Positions 1 to 10,320 are shown, counted from the first letter of the stretch. The stretch: DNA of 64,000 nt from an uncultured delta proteobacterium (GCA_963755715.1 CAVWLW010000027.1:256001-320000); one strand, 5' to 3'. Notes: generated by a model from the sequence alone, not told the origin. Numbers and translations are program-made.

Positions 1-507
1 GAGTTGGTCCCACGGCAATAAATAACCGGTAAAACTCAAAAGGAGCGTTAAAACCAAGAGCAAAACGCCGACGATCCAGTTAAACTCGCGCGGCGGTTTA
101 TACGACCCGGTTAAAAAGACCCGGAACATGTGCAGCCAGACGAAGACGATCATCGCATGAGCGGCCCAACGGTGCATGTTGCGCATGAGCATGCCGAAGG
201 GCATGTCGTTGTCCAGATACTTCATGTCCGCATAAGCGTATTCGGCCACCGGACGATAGTAGAACATCAAGTAGATGCCCGTTATCACGGTGATCAAAAA
301 CATCAGGAAGGTCAGTCCGCCCATGCACCACGTAAAGCGCATGCGCACGGCATGGCGCCGTACCTTGGCCGGATGGAGGTGCAGAAACACGTTGGCGGTC
401 ACCATCATGACCCGGTTGCGCGGCGTGTCTTCGTAACCGTGGCGAAAGATGGATTTCCAAACGTGGCTCTCCACGATGTCGCTTTTGATTTTATCTAAAA
501 GGCTCAT
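1..507 (-). CDS. petB: Cytochrome b/b6 N-terminal subunit of a Rieske/cyt b complex (runs off window edge)
   Basis: Not in the ORF track. Manual translation from ATG 507 gives MSLLDKIK...TWCMGGLTF...RNMHRWAAH...[24 protein letters not shown]...[11 protein letters not shown], the classic cyt b heme-ligand motifs; directly downstream of the Rieske gene. Confidence 0.93.
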   Translation of the reverse strand, partial: MSLLDKIKSDIVESHVWKSIFRHGYEDTPRNRVMMVTANVFLHLHPAKVRRHAVRMRFTWCMGGLTFLMFLITVITGIYLMFYYRPVAEYAYADMKYLDNDMPFGMLMRNMHRWAAHAMIVFVWLHMFRVFLTGSYKPPREFNWIVGVLLLVLTLLLSFTGYLLPWDQL

Positions 508-518
508 GATTCTATCCG

Positions 519-1037
519 TTAAACTTTGAGAATACTGTCGGCATATTGCTCATCGGGCTCGGCCCCGGGCCCCATCTTGAAAACTTTGCTTTTATCGACG
601 ACCAACTGGCCATCGTCGCCGACGGAAATTTTAAAGCGGTCTAGCGGTCGCGGCGCCGGTCCCTCGAAATTCAGGCCACTCTTGAAAAAGCCGCTACCGT
701 GACAGGGGCATTTGAATTTGTTTTCCGCGGCCAGCCAGCGCGGTGTGCAGCCGAGGTGTGTGCATTTGGCGAAGATCGCATAGATCCCGGTATCCTCGCG
801 CACGATCCAAACGCGTTGGTCTTGCTTGTATTTCTCGCTCACCTCGCCCAAGGCGTAGTCATTCGGCGATCCAGCTTTAAAAGTTGCCGGCGGTTGAAAC
901 AACACCCGAGGAAACGCCGAGCGCAGAAATCCCAAAAGACTCAAGCCGCCGAAAATGCCAAACCCGCCCCATCCCAACCGAGTAAAAAAGTCTCTGCGCG
1001 ACCAGATACCGCGCTTTTCCTTCTCCTGTTCCGCCAT
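519..1037 (-). CDS. petC: Rieske 2Fe-2S subunit of cytochrome bc/b6f-type complex
   Basis: CTHLGC and CPCHGS boxes, GPAPRPL, Tat-like SRRDFF plus TM helix. Confidence 0.95.
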   Translation of the reverse strand: MAEQEKEKRGIWSRRDFFTRLGWGGFGIFGGLSLLGFLRSAFPRVLFQPPATFKAGSPNDYALGEVSEKYKQDQRVWIVREDTGIYAIFAKCTHLGCTPRWLAAENKFKCPCHGSGFFKSGLNFEGPAPRPLDRFKISVGDDGQLVVDKSKVFKMGPGAEPDEQYADSILKV

Positions 1038-1043
1038 ACTCTT

Positions 1044-1391
1044 CTATCCTTTAATCCAACTGATCAAGGCACCCCAAACTATAAAAATTACGCCGCCGAG
1101 CATTAAAAGCAGCCCAACGGGTCCGAACACGAAAGACAATCCCGCTCCCAAAACGAAAATTAAGACTCCGGTTCCCAGCGGGTTGAAAGGTGCCGGAGTG
1201 GTTCCTGCCGTGCTCGCCTGATCATCCGCCTTATGGATGAACTCCTCGCGGATGAGGGCGAACGCCAGCTCTTTGAGATCTTCGCGTCGCTCAGGGTCGG
1301 CGCCCTGAATCAGACGGCCCAGCTCTTGAGCTAACCTTTCGATCTCTTGTTCACGCGCTTCGGGCGCTAGATTGGCAGGATCAGATGTCAC
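1044..1391 (-). CDS. Small hypothetical membrane protein (2 C-terminal TM helices)
   Basis: 115 aa ORF, 6 nt upstream of the Rieske gene, hydrophobic C-terminus. Confidence 0.65.
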   Translation of the reverse strand: MTSDPANLAPEAREQEIERLAQELGRLIQGADPERREDLKELAFALIREEFIHKADDQASTAGTTPAPFNPLGTGVLIFVLGAGLSFVFGPVGLLLMLGGVIFIVWGALISWIKG

Positions 1392-1459
1392 CTGAGATTA
1401 GAGTTGTTGATTATTATAGAAATAATTCTTTGTCAACAAATCCGCCCATCACAGCGGCG

Positions 1460-1942
1460 CTAACGAGTCACCAATACCACCGCTGTCGCAGCCATTCCTT
1501 TGCCTTGACCCGCCCAGCCGAGTTTTTCCGTTGTCGTGGCTTTGATGCTTATTCTCTCTTCGGCAACCCGGCACAATCCGGCGACGTTCTTGCGCATCCG
1601 GCTATAGTGCGGCGCGAGTTTCGGCTCCTGCGCCACCACGGTGACGTCGACGTTCACCAGCTTGAAACGCTTGCGCCGCATGATCTCGAGCGCCCGTGCC
1701 AGCAATTCGCTGCTCGCGATACCTTTGAAACGGATATCGCTATCGGGGAAATGGGTGCCGATATCGCCTTCGCCGATCGCGCCAAAGATCGCGTTGATCA
1801 AAGCATGGAGCACGACGTCAGCGTCGGAATGACCCTTGAGCCCCTTGGTGTGGGGGATCTCGACACCGCCGATCATGAGTCTGCGTCCGCGCACCAAGCG
1901 GTGTACATCGAAGCCGTGTCCAATGCGACTCTCTTTGGCCAT
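1460..1942 (-). CDS. ispF: 2-C-methyl-D-erythritol 2,4-cyclodiphosphate synthase
   Basis: RIGHGFDVH, GHSDADV, GDIGTHFP, SIKATTTEKLG motifs. Confidence 0.97.
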   Translation of the reverse strand: MAKESRIGHGFDVHRLVRGRRLMIGGVEIPHTKGLKGHSDADVVLHALINAIFGAIGEGDIGTHFPDSDIRFKGIASSELLARALEIMRRKRFKLVNVDVTVVAQEPKLAPHYSRMRKNVAGLCRVAEERISIKATTTEKLGWAGQGKGMAATAVVLVTR

Positions 1943-2100
1943 GTCCGATAGCTTACCCACGCCCACCCACAGCGCATCATCACTCGAAGCCGCGAAACAT
2001 TCAATCATCCGCTTTCCCCGTCGTATAAATTAGCCTCCCGGCGGTGTCTGGAGTTGACGCGGTCGCTGGGCTATACTTGCGTCCACATAATAAAAGATCG

Positions 2101-2847
2101 ATGCGATCGCGAATGCTATTAATCTGCTTGCTCGTCTTCGTCGCCCTGCCTCTTTACACCGTACTGTCCGGACAGGCGCCACTGGGTCGTGATTTTCGCA
2201 CCGCGGATCGTTCCAGCGCCGGCATCGCGCCGACTCCTGAGACCACACCGGAAGCAGTCGTGCAAGTTTATTTTGCGCGCGCGCTCAATTGGCGCGGCAT
2301 TTTCGGTGTCCACACCTGGATCGCCACCAAGCCCGAGAACGCCCCCGAGTACACTATCCATCAAGTGATCGGCTGGCGTGCCTACCGCGGTCTTCCCGTG
2401 GTCGTCTCCGCGCCGGGCATTCCCGATGGGCGCTGGTTTGGCAACGAACCGACGCTGATCGGCGGGCTCAGTGGCAGCGCCGCTGCAGAGGCCATCCCGA
2501 AGATACTTGAAGCAGTGGCCAGCTATCCTTACGCCAACGAGTACCAACTGTGGCCGGGTCCGAACAGCAACACGTTTATGGCTTACATCGGCCGCAAAGT
2601 CCCGGAGCTGCAAATGGATCTGCCGGCAACAGCCATCGGCAAGGACTATCCGATCAATGGCTCGATGCTCGACCGCACTCCGAGCGGCACCGGCTACCAA
2701 CTTTCCATGCTGGGCCTGCTCGGCGTGTCCGTGGGACGCGAAGAAGGATTCGAACTAAACTTGCTAGGCTTAAATTTCGGCATCGACTTCTTCAGACCCG
2801 CGCTCAAGCTGCCCTTCATCGGTCGGCTCGGCGTGGGCGAGCATTGA
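2101..2847 (+). CDS. DUF3750 family protein
   Basis: FGVHTWIATK, WPGPNSNTF, TAIGKDY, TPSGTG motifs typical of DUF3750. Confidence 0.85.
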   Translation: MRSRMLLICLLVFVALPLYTVLSGQAPLGRDFRTADRSSAGIAPTPETTPEAVVQVYFARALNWRGIFGVHTWIATKPENAPEYTIHQVIGWRAYRGLPVVVSAPGIPDGRWFGNEPTLIGGLSGSAAAEAIPKILEAVASYPYANEYQLWPGPNSNTFMAYIGRKVPELQMDLPATAIGKDYPINGSMLDRTPSGTGYQLSMLGLLGVSVGREEGFELNLLGLNFGIDFFRPALKLPFIGRLGVGEH

Positions 2848-2882
2848 GGAAATCTCTCCCAATTTCATCGCGCCTCACTCGA

Positions 2883-4169
2883 ATGGCGGCACGCCAATCG
2901 TCTCTGACCCGCTACCGCCTGCTGGTCTTCTCAGCCACCGCATGGGCGTTGGCCTCGGGGATTTTTCTATTCGACAATAACTTATTTTCTCAGCGCGAGA
3001 AATTCCAAGAATCTGATTTCATCATGACTTTCTACGTGGCGGGTCACTTGGCTGCGACCGGCCGCGCGAACGAGCTTTATCCGCCGTCGGACGCCCGTTC
3101 CTTTATCGATACGCCATTCGATAGGGCCGCGCACGAGCTTTTACCGCATCTACCGAAATCATCCACCGGCGCTTACATGTACATTCCGCTCATCGCCGGC
3201 TTCTTCGCGCCATTTAGCCTGGTCGATCCGAATTTGTCTTTGTTTCTATGGCAGCTAATGTCGGTTGTAGCCCTGGCTTTGTCCGTGACGATTTTGTCCC
3301 GCGTGAGCGCGATAAAAATTAGCGAGCTGTTTTTTCTGTCGTTCTTGTACGGTCCCGTCTTTCTGACATTGTGGGCGGGGCAACTGGGTCTCGGATTTGG
3401 CTTGCTGCCGCTCTGTATCGGCTATTTTCTACTTCTGCGACAAATGCCCTTTGCGGCAGGAATCGTCTGGTCGTTTCTTTTACTCAAACCCCAATATTTT
3501 TTCGCGCCAGCGTTTGTCGCGCTGGTGAACGCACTGACGGGACGTTATCGAACCCTTACAGGAATGAGTGTGGGCGTTGTTTGTCTTCTGGTCTTGACCG
3601 TCACCGCGTTTTCGACGCCGTTGACCGTTCAATGGTTGCTCAGTCACCGGGTGAGCGATGCTTATTTTTTTTCCGGTCTACAAGGCATTCCAAGCCATCT
3701 GCTAACCGGTTTGCCGGCTAATCTCCTGGTTCTTTTTCCCATCAATCAACGAGAGGTCGTCAAACTGCCGCTTTACGCCGGCGCCGCCGCCATGTGGCTA
3801 TTTGGCTTTTGGTTTTGCTCTAGATTTAAGAAACTGCAGATGGCGGAATCAGCGCAAATTTCAGTTACGTTCGTGGTCGGAATTGTGCTGAGCTCGCTCA
3901 CTTTGCCGCACCTGCTCTACTACGATCTTTGTATTCTCTTGCCCGCCGGAGTTCTTTTACTCGCGCAAGATGGGCCTTTGCCCAAGGCAAACGGAATGAG
4001 ATCGATCGGAGTGATGGGTTGGATCGTCGTGAGTGGCTTCCTGCCGCTTTTGCTGTTCTTCGCCAATCAAAAACTGGCTCCGCTCCTTCTCGAATTGATT
4101 CTATTGATCCTGTTCGTCTGGCTATTGAAGCAGCTGAATCAGTTTTGCAAACTCACAGCGCGCGCATAA
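2883..4169 (+). CDS. GT87/DUF2029-like polytopic membrane glycosyltransferase
   Basis: DF..FY, YMYIP, GQ, LKPQ, PHLLYYD motifs; many TM helices; start moved to MAARQ at 2883. Confidence 0.8.
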   Translation: MAARQSSLTRYRLLVFSATAWALASGIFLFDNNLFSQREKFQESDFIMTFYVAGHLAATGRANELYPPSDARSFIDTPFDRAAHELLPHLPKSSTGAYMYIPLIAGFFAPFSLVDPNLSLFLWQLMSVVALALSVTILSRVSAIKISELFFLSFLYGPVFLTLWAGQLGLGFGLLPLCIGYFLLLRQMPFAAGIVWSFLLLKPQYFFAPAFVALVNALTGRYRTLTGMSVGVVCLLVLTVTAFSTPLTVQWLLSHRVSDAYFFSGLQGIPSHLLTGLPANLLVLFPINQREVVKLPLYAGAAAMWLFGFWFCSRFKKLQMAESAQISVTFVVGIVLSSLTLPHLLYYDLCILLPAGVLLLAQDGPLPKANGMRSIGVMGWIVVSGFLPLLLFFANQKLAPLLLELILLILFVWLLKQLNQFCKLTARA

Positions 4170-4184
4170 CAGCGCATCGAAGGC

Positions 4185-5651
4185 TCATCTGAATTCATCT
4201 CTAGACGCCGGCCATAAACTGATGACAGCGCCGCCGAAGGCAATCGCCGCCGCGATCAGATAAGCGTACCGATACCCATACAAGAAAGCGGTGAGAACCA
4301 GCCTGTCGGCATCGCCCCCAGCGTCACGGCCGAGATTCTGCAGCGACGTTTCACCGGTCGATGCCAACAAAAAATGACTGACGACGGCCGCGGCCAGCGT
4401 CGCGCCGATAGAATAGCCAAGACTGCGCACGATCGATAAAACTGACGAACCGATGCCGAGACGATGGCGCGGCACCGCGCTCATGAGCAGATTATTGTTC
4501 GGCGTTTGAAATATTCCCATGCCGACGCCGAGCAAAGCCAAGCCAAAGATCACTTCCGTTGCGCTCGCGCCAGGCGCAAGAAAACTCAAAAAGACCAAAG
4601 CTGCGCCGTTCACGGCCAGGCCTAAGGCACAGAGCCGCTCCGGCACAAATCGTTCCGACATCCAGCCCGTGAAGGGCGCCAGCAGCGCCATCGCCAGCGG
4701 CGTCGGCGCCACCAAGAACCCGGCGCGTAGCGGATCCAATCCCATCACCAGTTGCAAGAAAAACGGCATCAGCAAATTGCTGACGCTCATCGTGATGAAA
4801 CTGAACCATCGGGTGGCATTGCCCAAGCTAAACGCGGCGATGCGAAAAATGTCCAGATCGAGCAGTGGCGATCGAGCCCGCTTCTCCCACCAGACAAAAA
4901 AGCCGAGCACACCGACTCCGCTGAGCGCCATCAAACCGATGATGGGATCGCGCCACTGTCCCTTCTGAGCGAGCGCCAGAGCGAACAACAGCGACGAAAT
5001 ACCGATGGCGAAGGAGACGGCGCCGGCGAAGTCGAACGGCTCTTTTTTCTCGCCGCTGCCTTTGAAACTCTCCGCCGGCAAGAGCGCCCGCGCAGCGCCG
5101 AAACCGACCATGGCTAGAAAGGCGGATAGATAGAAATTTGAGCGCCAACCGAAGGCATGGGTCAGCAGCCCACCCAAGACCGGCCCAAGGGTATAGCCGA
5201 GAGCCGACACCGTGCCGCCGGCGATGCCCATGGCGCGACCGCGTTCTTCCCGCGGAAACAGCGCCGTGACCAAAGCAAAATTATTGGCCATGATGAGCGC
5301 GCTGCCGGCCGCTTGTAAGGCGCGGAAAAAAATCAATTGGCCGGCTCCTTGCGCCGCGCCGGCGGCCACTGAGCTGATCGCATACAAGACAAAACCCGCG
5401 AGAAAAAGTTTGCCGACACCGAGCAGATCCGCCATCCTGCCGCAAGGCAGATAGAGCGACGCGGTGATCAAGGCATAAACCAGCGCGATCCAACTGGCCA
5501 GCGCCAAGTCTGCATGCAGATCTTTAATGATCAAAGGCAGCGCGATACTGAGCTGCCCCGAGTCTGCCGTTACGATCAGGGTCGCTAGCGAAGCGACCGC
5601 CAGCGACCACCAGCGCTTTCGTGGCGGCGAGGATTGAGTCTGGACGACCAT
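4185..5651 (-). CDS. MFS transporter, DHA2 (EmrB/QacA-like)
   Basis: GRMADLLG, FPREERGRAMG, GWRSNF, PLLDL motifs; start MVVQTQ. Confidence 0.9.
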   Translation of the reverse strand: MVVQTQSSPPRKRWWSLAVASLATLIVTADSGQLSIALPLIIKDLHADLALASWIALVYALITASLYLPCGRMADLLGVGKLFLAGFVLYAISSVAAGAAQGAGQLIFFRALQAAGSALIMANNFALVTALFPREERGRAMGIAGGTVSALGYTLGPVLGGLLTHAFGWRSNFYLSAFLAMVGFGAARALLPAESFKGSGEKKEPFDFAGAVSFAIGISSLLFALALAQKGQWRDPIIGLMALSGVGVLGFFVWWEKRARSPLLDLDIFRIAAFSLGNATRWFSFITMSVSNLLMPFFLQLVMGLDPLRAGFLVAPTPLAMALLAPFTGWMSERFVPERLCALGLAVNGAALVFLSFLAPGASATEVIFGLALLGVGMGIFQTPNNNLLMSAVPRHRLGIGSSVLSIVRSLGYSIGATLAAAVVSHFLLASTGETSLQNLGRDAGGDADRLVLTAFLYGYRYAYLIAAAIAFGGAVISLWPASRDEFR

Positions 5652-5695
5652 GGCGGGATCAGAGAAGTTAGTGAACGGCGTCAATGAAGGGGCGA

Positions 5696-6491
5696 TTACT
5701 TGACGACGGGCCAGTATCGTCCCTTCCGCTTCATAACTGTTAAAGACACACCGTACAGATCTTTCAACACATTTCGATCGAGTACGCGCCGAGTGTCGCC
5801 GGCGTAAAGCACCCTGCCGTCGCGCAGAATCAAGGTGTGACGAAACAGCGGCAGGATTTCCTCGATATGATGCGTCACATAGATCAGCGCGGGAATTTTT
5901 CTTTGCGCGCCGACCCGGCGCAGTGAAGCGAGAAAATTTTCCCGCGCGCCCGGGTCCATGCCGGCGCAAGGCTCGTCGAGAATAATCAGATACGGCTTGG
6001 TCATGCGCGCCCGCGCAATCAGGACTCTTTGCTGCTCGCCTTGCGACAGCGTGGCGAATTCCTGCTCGCTCAAATGAGCGCAGCCCAATTGACTCAAATA
6101 GCGCCGCGCGCAAGCGTAGTCGTATCGGCTCGCCTGACCCCATAAACCGCCGAGGTAACCGATCTGGGCAAATCTACCGGACACAACCGTGTTGAGAACC
6201 TTTTCCTGAGGCAGGAATCTCGCTCGCCAGCGCCGCCGTCACCCAGCCGATACTCTTTCTCAGCTCAGGCAAATGCGTAAGCTCCTTGCCGTTGCGCAAA
6301 ATCACGCCGCCGGCATTGGGCCAAAGGTAACCGCACGCCAATTTGAGTAAGGTCGTTTTACCGGAGCCGTTCGGACCGAGAATCGCCCAATGCTCGCCGC
6401 GCCGAACCGTCCAATTGATGGAATGAAGAATCGACTTGCCGCCGGCCACGTAGGAAACGTCACGAAGTTCGAGCGCGGGAGTTTTCTTCAT
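5696..6491 (-). CDS. ABC ATP-binding protein (ModF/YlmA-like), frameshift near 6190-6210
   Basis: Walker A GPNGSGKT in ORF 6174-6497; LSQGEQQR, ILDEP, VTHH in ORF 5696-6184. Confidence 0.85.
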
Positions 6492-6565
6492 CGACAAAAG
6501 CTCTGCCGATGAAAGTGAACGGAAAACGCGAGATTTGCAACGGCGACGGAGTGGGCGGACAGCGT

Positions 6566-6624
6566 GAATGGGAGTGATGAAGTTATGGGAAATCTTAATC
6601 CCTCATTACTCCACTACTCCATTC
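6566..6624. repeat. Degenerate TGGAGTRY/RYACTCCA 8-mer inverted-repeat element (family A)
   Basis: GGAGTGATG ... CATTACTCCACTACTCCATT immediately after the amidohydrolase stop. Confidence 0.65.
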
Positions 6625-7623
6625 CTAGTGCTTGAACCGCGAGAACACTTGCAACGCGTTTTTCTCGAAAACCTTGGCTTTGTCCTCCGCCGCGAGCCAC
6701 GGGATGCTTTCGATATTCGGCCGCACGTCGTCGTACCACTTGCCGGTGCGTGGATCGGTCTTGGAGCCGGCGCCCGGTCGCTCGGTGCCGAAAAGGCAAC
6801 GCTCCGGACCGCAGATGCGAAACAGCAGTTTCAGAGACTCGATATTGTAAAGCGCCGTGTCGAAGTAAAGTTGCTTTAATCTCTGATCGAAATTTTCCGT
6901 GTCGTTGGGTCCGCGCAGCTGCGAGCGCCAGCGCCCGACTTGATAGGGCACCGAGCCACCGCCGTGAGAAATAATCAGTTTCAGCTTGGGAAAATCCTGA
7001 AACACTTTTGAATCCACCAGCGAAAGAATCGCGATGCTTTCTTCGGTGATGAAATGACCGTGAAACGACTCGCGCGGATTTTTGCAGCTCGCGCCATGGA
7101 CGAGTCCAGGGATATCCATCTTCACCATCTTTTCGTAAAGCGGATACCAGTACTCTTGACCCATCGCCGGCGTTTGACCGTCGCCTTCGCCCGGATCCGG
7201 GTTGATCATGATGCCGACGAAGCCCAAGTCGTTGATGCAGCGATCGATCTCGTCGAACGTATTCGTTACCGGCACGCCGGCGTTCTGCGGCAAGCCGCCG
7301 ATGGCGCGAAACTTCTTTGGCTCCATCTTCACCTGCAACGCCAGCGCGTCGTTCACCGCCTGACAATACCAGTGGACGATCTTTTCCGGTTTCGCCGAGT
7401 GCATCATCGTGTATGGCCGCGGCGAGATAAAGGCGAAATCAGTTCCGACTTCGTCCAGGACCTCGGAATGCTTGTGACCACGCCACTTCGCCTCTTGAAT
7501 ATTTTTCTCCGTGACCACCGCACCGCCGCCAGGACGATGAAACCCGGCGCTATTGATCAGGCCGGCTTGAAAGGTCTGGAGCTGCTCGCCGGCTACAATG
7601 TGATTGTGAACGTCGATAATCAT
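6625..7623 (-). CDS. Amidohydrolase-2 family protein, LigJ (4-oxalomesaconate hydratase)-like
   Basis: IIDVHNH, SPR, GLPQ, NPDP, YWYPLYEK, SHGGGSVPY, LFGTE motifs. Confidence 0.82.
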   Translation of the reverse strand: MIIDVHNHIVAGEQLQTFQAGLINSAGFHRPGGGAVVTEKNIQEAKWRGHKHSEVLDEVGTDFAFISPRPYTMMHSAKPEKIVHWYCQAVNDALALQVKMEPKKFRAIGGLPQNAGVPVTNTFDEIDRCINDLGFVGIMINPDPGEGDGQTPAMGQEYWYPLYEKMVKMDIPGLVHGASCKNPRESFHGHFITEESIAILSLVDSKVFQDFPKLKLIISHGGGSVPYQVGRWRSQLRGPNDTENFDQRLKQLYFDTALYNIESLKLLFRICGPERCLFGTERPGAGSKTDPRTGKWYDDVRPNIESIPWLAAEDKAKVFEKNALQVFSRFKH

Positions 7624-7696
7624 GGCGAAATCCTTTCTGCGTAAATTCGCTTGTTACCTATCAGAGACCGACGACGCACCGCAAGATGAGCAGAAG

Positions 7697-7786
7697 TGGA
7701 GTGATGGAGTACTGGACATGATAGGTTTCCGATTTCTATCAATACTCCAACACTCCAGTGCCCCAGTCTTCCAACTCCATCACCCC
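7697..7786. repeat. Family A 8-mer inverted-repeat element
   Basis: TGGAGTGA TGGAGTAC TGG ... ATACTCCA ACACTCCA ... ACTCCA TCACCCCA. Confidence 0.8.
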
Positions 7787-7787
7787 A

Positions 7788-9083
7788 TTATGCTTTCCGC
7801 GGCGGTTTCAGCATGAGGCTGAGCCCCGCTGAGGTCATCAATGCTGCGCCGAACAGCGCAAAGGACAGGCCGTAGCCGCCGGTGGCGTCGAATAGAAATC
7901 CGAAAAACGGCGGACCTGCTGCCGCCAATATCTGCGAAATCAGCAATCCCATGCCGCGAACCTTGCCGAGCGAGCGGCGGCCGAAATAATTCGCCCAGAG
8001 AATATCAGGCAAGACCATATTGCCGCCGAGACCTATGCCGTAGAGAAAAAAACCGGCATACAGACAAAAGATACTTGCCGTCGATATCGCCAACGCCAAT
8101 CCAATCCCCTGGATCACGAATCGCAACATCGCTGCGATGCACGGGTTGATCCGCTCGGCAAGCAGGCCCCAGGCCAGCGGCGAAGCGAGCTGCATCGAGG
8201 CGATCACGCTCATCACTGTAGCCGCGACCACCGGAGAATGACCGATATCGGTGACATAAGAAAAAACATGCAGGTTGAGTCCGGTGACTCCCATGCTCGA
8301 GATGCCGAAGGTTACGACCAGCAGCCAGAACGCGCTGGTGTGCACGGCTTCGCTGCGCGTCCAAACCGCATCCAGATCGTTTGTCGGAAATCGATCGCCG
8401 CCGCTTTTTTTTGCCGCGCTGGAATTGACAGGTACGGCGTCGCCATCGGGATAGAGGTTCATGTCTTCCGGCCGGCGCCGGATGACAAACAGCGCTGGCA
8501 GCACGAGCAACGCGATGGTAAGAACGCCGAACACCGTCCAGGTCTGGCGCCAGCCGAGCGTGAGAAGAAGCCATGCCGCGACCACCGGCATACAAACTTT
8601 GGCGAAGCCGACACCCATGCTGGTGAACGCAAGCGCGCGCCCGCGCCGGCGCACAAACCACTGGGCGATGACGACGTTGACGACCATGTAGCCCATCACC
8701 GCGTCACCGCAGCTCACCAGCGTCAGACGAATAGCCGCGAATTGATTGAAGCTGTCGACGTGACCGAGAAAGAAGTAACCGACGCCGACGACGATCGCGC
8801 CGATCGCCATCAGCCAGCGGCCGCCGTAGCGATCCACCAGCGTGCCGACGAACGGCGCGAGACAAGCGCCGATGATTCCCTCTCCGGAGCGGAGCAGTGA
8901 AAACACGCCGCGCGAAATACCTAATTCGGTTGTTAGCGGTTTAAGAAAGATGCTCAGCGTACTGGCGAGCGCGAACGATGAAGCGACGTTGGCGAGAAAG
9001 CCGACGCCAACGATGTACCAGCCGTAAAACAAACCCTGTCGCTTGATGCCGTGCGCAACGCTGGCTGCCGTTTCCACATTCAC
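7788..9083 (-). CDS. MFS transporter (OFA/MCT-like)
   Basis: FYGWYIV, DRYGGR, WFVRRRGRA, YFGRRSLG; about 12 TM; start uncertain. Confidence 0.88.
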   Translation of the reverse strand: MNVETAASVAHGIKRQGLFYGWYIVGVGFLANVASSFALASTLSIFLKPLTTELGISRGVFSLLRSGEGIIGACLAPFVGTLVDRYGGRWLMAIGAIVVGVGYFFLGHVDSFNQFAAIRLTLVSCGDAVMGYMVVNVVIAQWFVRRRGRALAFTSMGVGFAKVCMPVVAAWLLLTLGWRQTWTVFGVLTIALLVLPALFVIRRRPEDMNLYPDGDAVPVNSSAAKKSGGDRFPTNDLDAVWTRSEAVHTSAFWLLVVTFGISSMGVTGLNLHVFSYVTDIGHSPVVAATVMSVIASMQLASPLAWGLLAERINPCIAAMLRFVIQGIGLALAISTASIFCLYAGFFLYGIGLGGNMVLPDILWANYFGRRSLGKVRGMGLLISQILAAAGPPFFGFLFDATGGYGLSFALFGAALMTSAGLSLMLKPPRKA

Positions 9084-9134
9084 GGTGTAGCAGGAATCCG
9101 GCTGGGCGCGCAATTCAACGCACGAGTCTCTGGT

Positions 9135-9236
9135 ATTATTCCGAGGCGAAGCCGAGGAATCTGAGGTCGAGACCCTTCACTCCATTAGACTATCTGAAAC
9201 TCCGTTCATGGTTCGACTAAGCTCACCACGAACGGA
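9135..9236. repeat. REP-like palindromic elements (family E)
   Basis: ATTCCGAGGCGAAGCCGAGGAAT hairpin and TCCGTTCATGGT-N12-ACCACGAACGGA hairpin (9201-9236). Confidence 0.55.
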
Positions 9237-9505
9237 AGAGAGTCGAGAGTCGCCAGTTAGCCGTCAGAACAATCTGTTCGTTTAGTCCCTGAAGATCGAC
9301 AGCCGGTGTTCGCTCGAGCGCCATGTCCTTGACGCGCCAGGCGAGTTTTTGCCGGTGCATTGAACAAGCGGTGAAGAGAAGCATGCAGATCAGACGGATG
9401 AACTTTTTCATACGCTGCGCGTCTAAGCTTTGACCGGTTCTTGACCGTCGGTCATACTCGCGATGTCGCTGGATTTGCTGTAACCTTTTGACGAAAGGAA
9501 TTATC

Positions 9506-10219
9506 ATGAAAAACTTTCTGCTTATTGGCGGGATTTTAGTTCTTTTGGCGCCGTCTGCCGGAGCGCAGCAAGACAGGCCCCGGCCGCGAGTGCCGTCGAT
9601 TACCGTCACGGGCGAAGCGACTATATCCGCCGAACCAAATCAAGCGCAAATCGATATCGGCGTCGTCACCCAAGCCCGCACCGCGCCCGAAGCGTCAAAA
9701 GAAAATGCCGAACGCGTGACCCGTGTGTTGGCCGAGCTTAAAAAACTTTTGGACAAAGCCGACGAAATCAAGACCAGCGGTTACGCGCTCACACCCAACT
9801 ACCGCTATCCGCAGGGCGGCAAGCCGGAGATCGTCGGCTACAATGCCAATAACACGGTGCGAATCAAGACAAGCAATCTGGATCTCGTCGGCCGCCTGAT
9901 CGATAGCGCCATGCAGGCCGGCGCCAATAACGTGAATCGTTTGATGTTTACTTTGAAGGATGAACAGGGTGCTCAGCTTGAGGCGCTGCGCGCGGCGTCC
10001 GCTAAAGCAAGGACGAAAGCCGAAGCAATTGCCGCATCACTGGGGTTGAAGATTGTGAAAATCGCATCGGTCACCGAGGGCGAGCGCGCGGTGCAGCCCG
10101 TTTTTCGCCAGGCGATGGCCGCGCGCGCTGAAGCGGCGCCCGCGCCAACGCCCGTTGAACCCGGCACCGTGGAAGTGCGCTCGACGGTTTCGATGACCGT
10201 GGAAGTGAGCGAGAAATAG
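9506..10219 (+). CDS. SIMPL (DUF541) domain periplasmic protein
   Basis: Signal peptide; ITVTGEA..PNQAQIDIGV, AGANNV, PVEPGTVEV motifs. Confidence 0.9.
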   Translation: MKNFLLIGGILVLLAPSAGAQQDRPRPRVPSITVTGEATISAEPNQAQIDIGVVTQARTAPEASKENAERVTRVLAELKKLLDKADEIKTSGYALTPNYRYPQGGKPEIVGYNANNTVRIKTSNLDLVGRLIDSAMQAGANNVNRLMFTLKDEQGAQLEALRAASAKARTKAEAIAASLGLKIVKIASVTEGERAVQPVFRQAMAARAEAAPAPTPVEPGTVEVRSTVSMTVEVSEK

Positions 10220-10230
10220 CGCCGTCAGAT

Positions 10231-10320
10231 TGGAGTACTGGAGTATTGGAGTGCTGGGTTTCGGACCGAATACCATATTCTTTGTCTCAGAACCCATTAC
10301 TCCAACACTCCATCACTCCA
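10231..10320. repeat. Family A 8-mer inverted-repeat element (best-preserved copy)
   Basis: TGGAGTAC TGGAGTAT TGGAGTGC TGGGTT ... AACCCA TTACTCCA ACACTCCA TCACTCCA; the outermost unit supplies the stop codon of the adjacent gene. Confidence 0.88.

Noticed and set aside
2550-6143. Long N-terminal extensions of ORFs 2550-4169 and 4185-6143
   Set aside because: The extensions overlap neighbouring real genes out of frame; downstream ATGs at 2883 and 5651 fit better.
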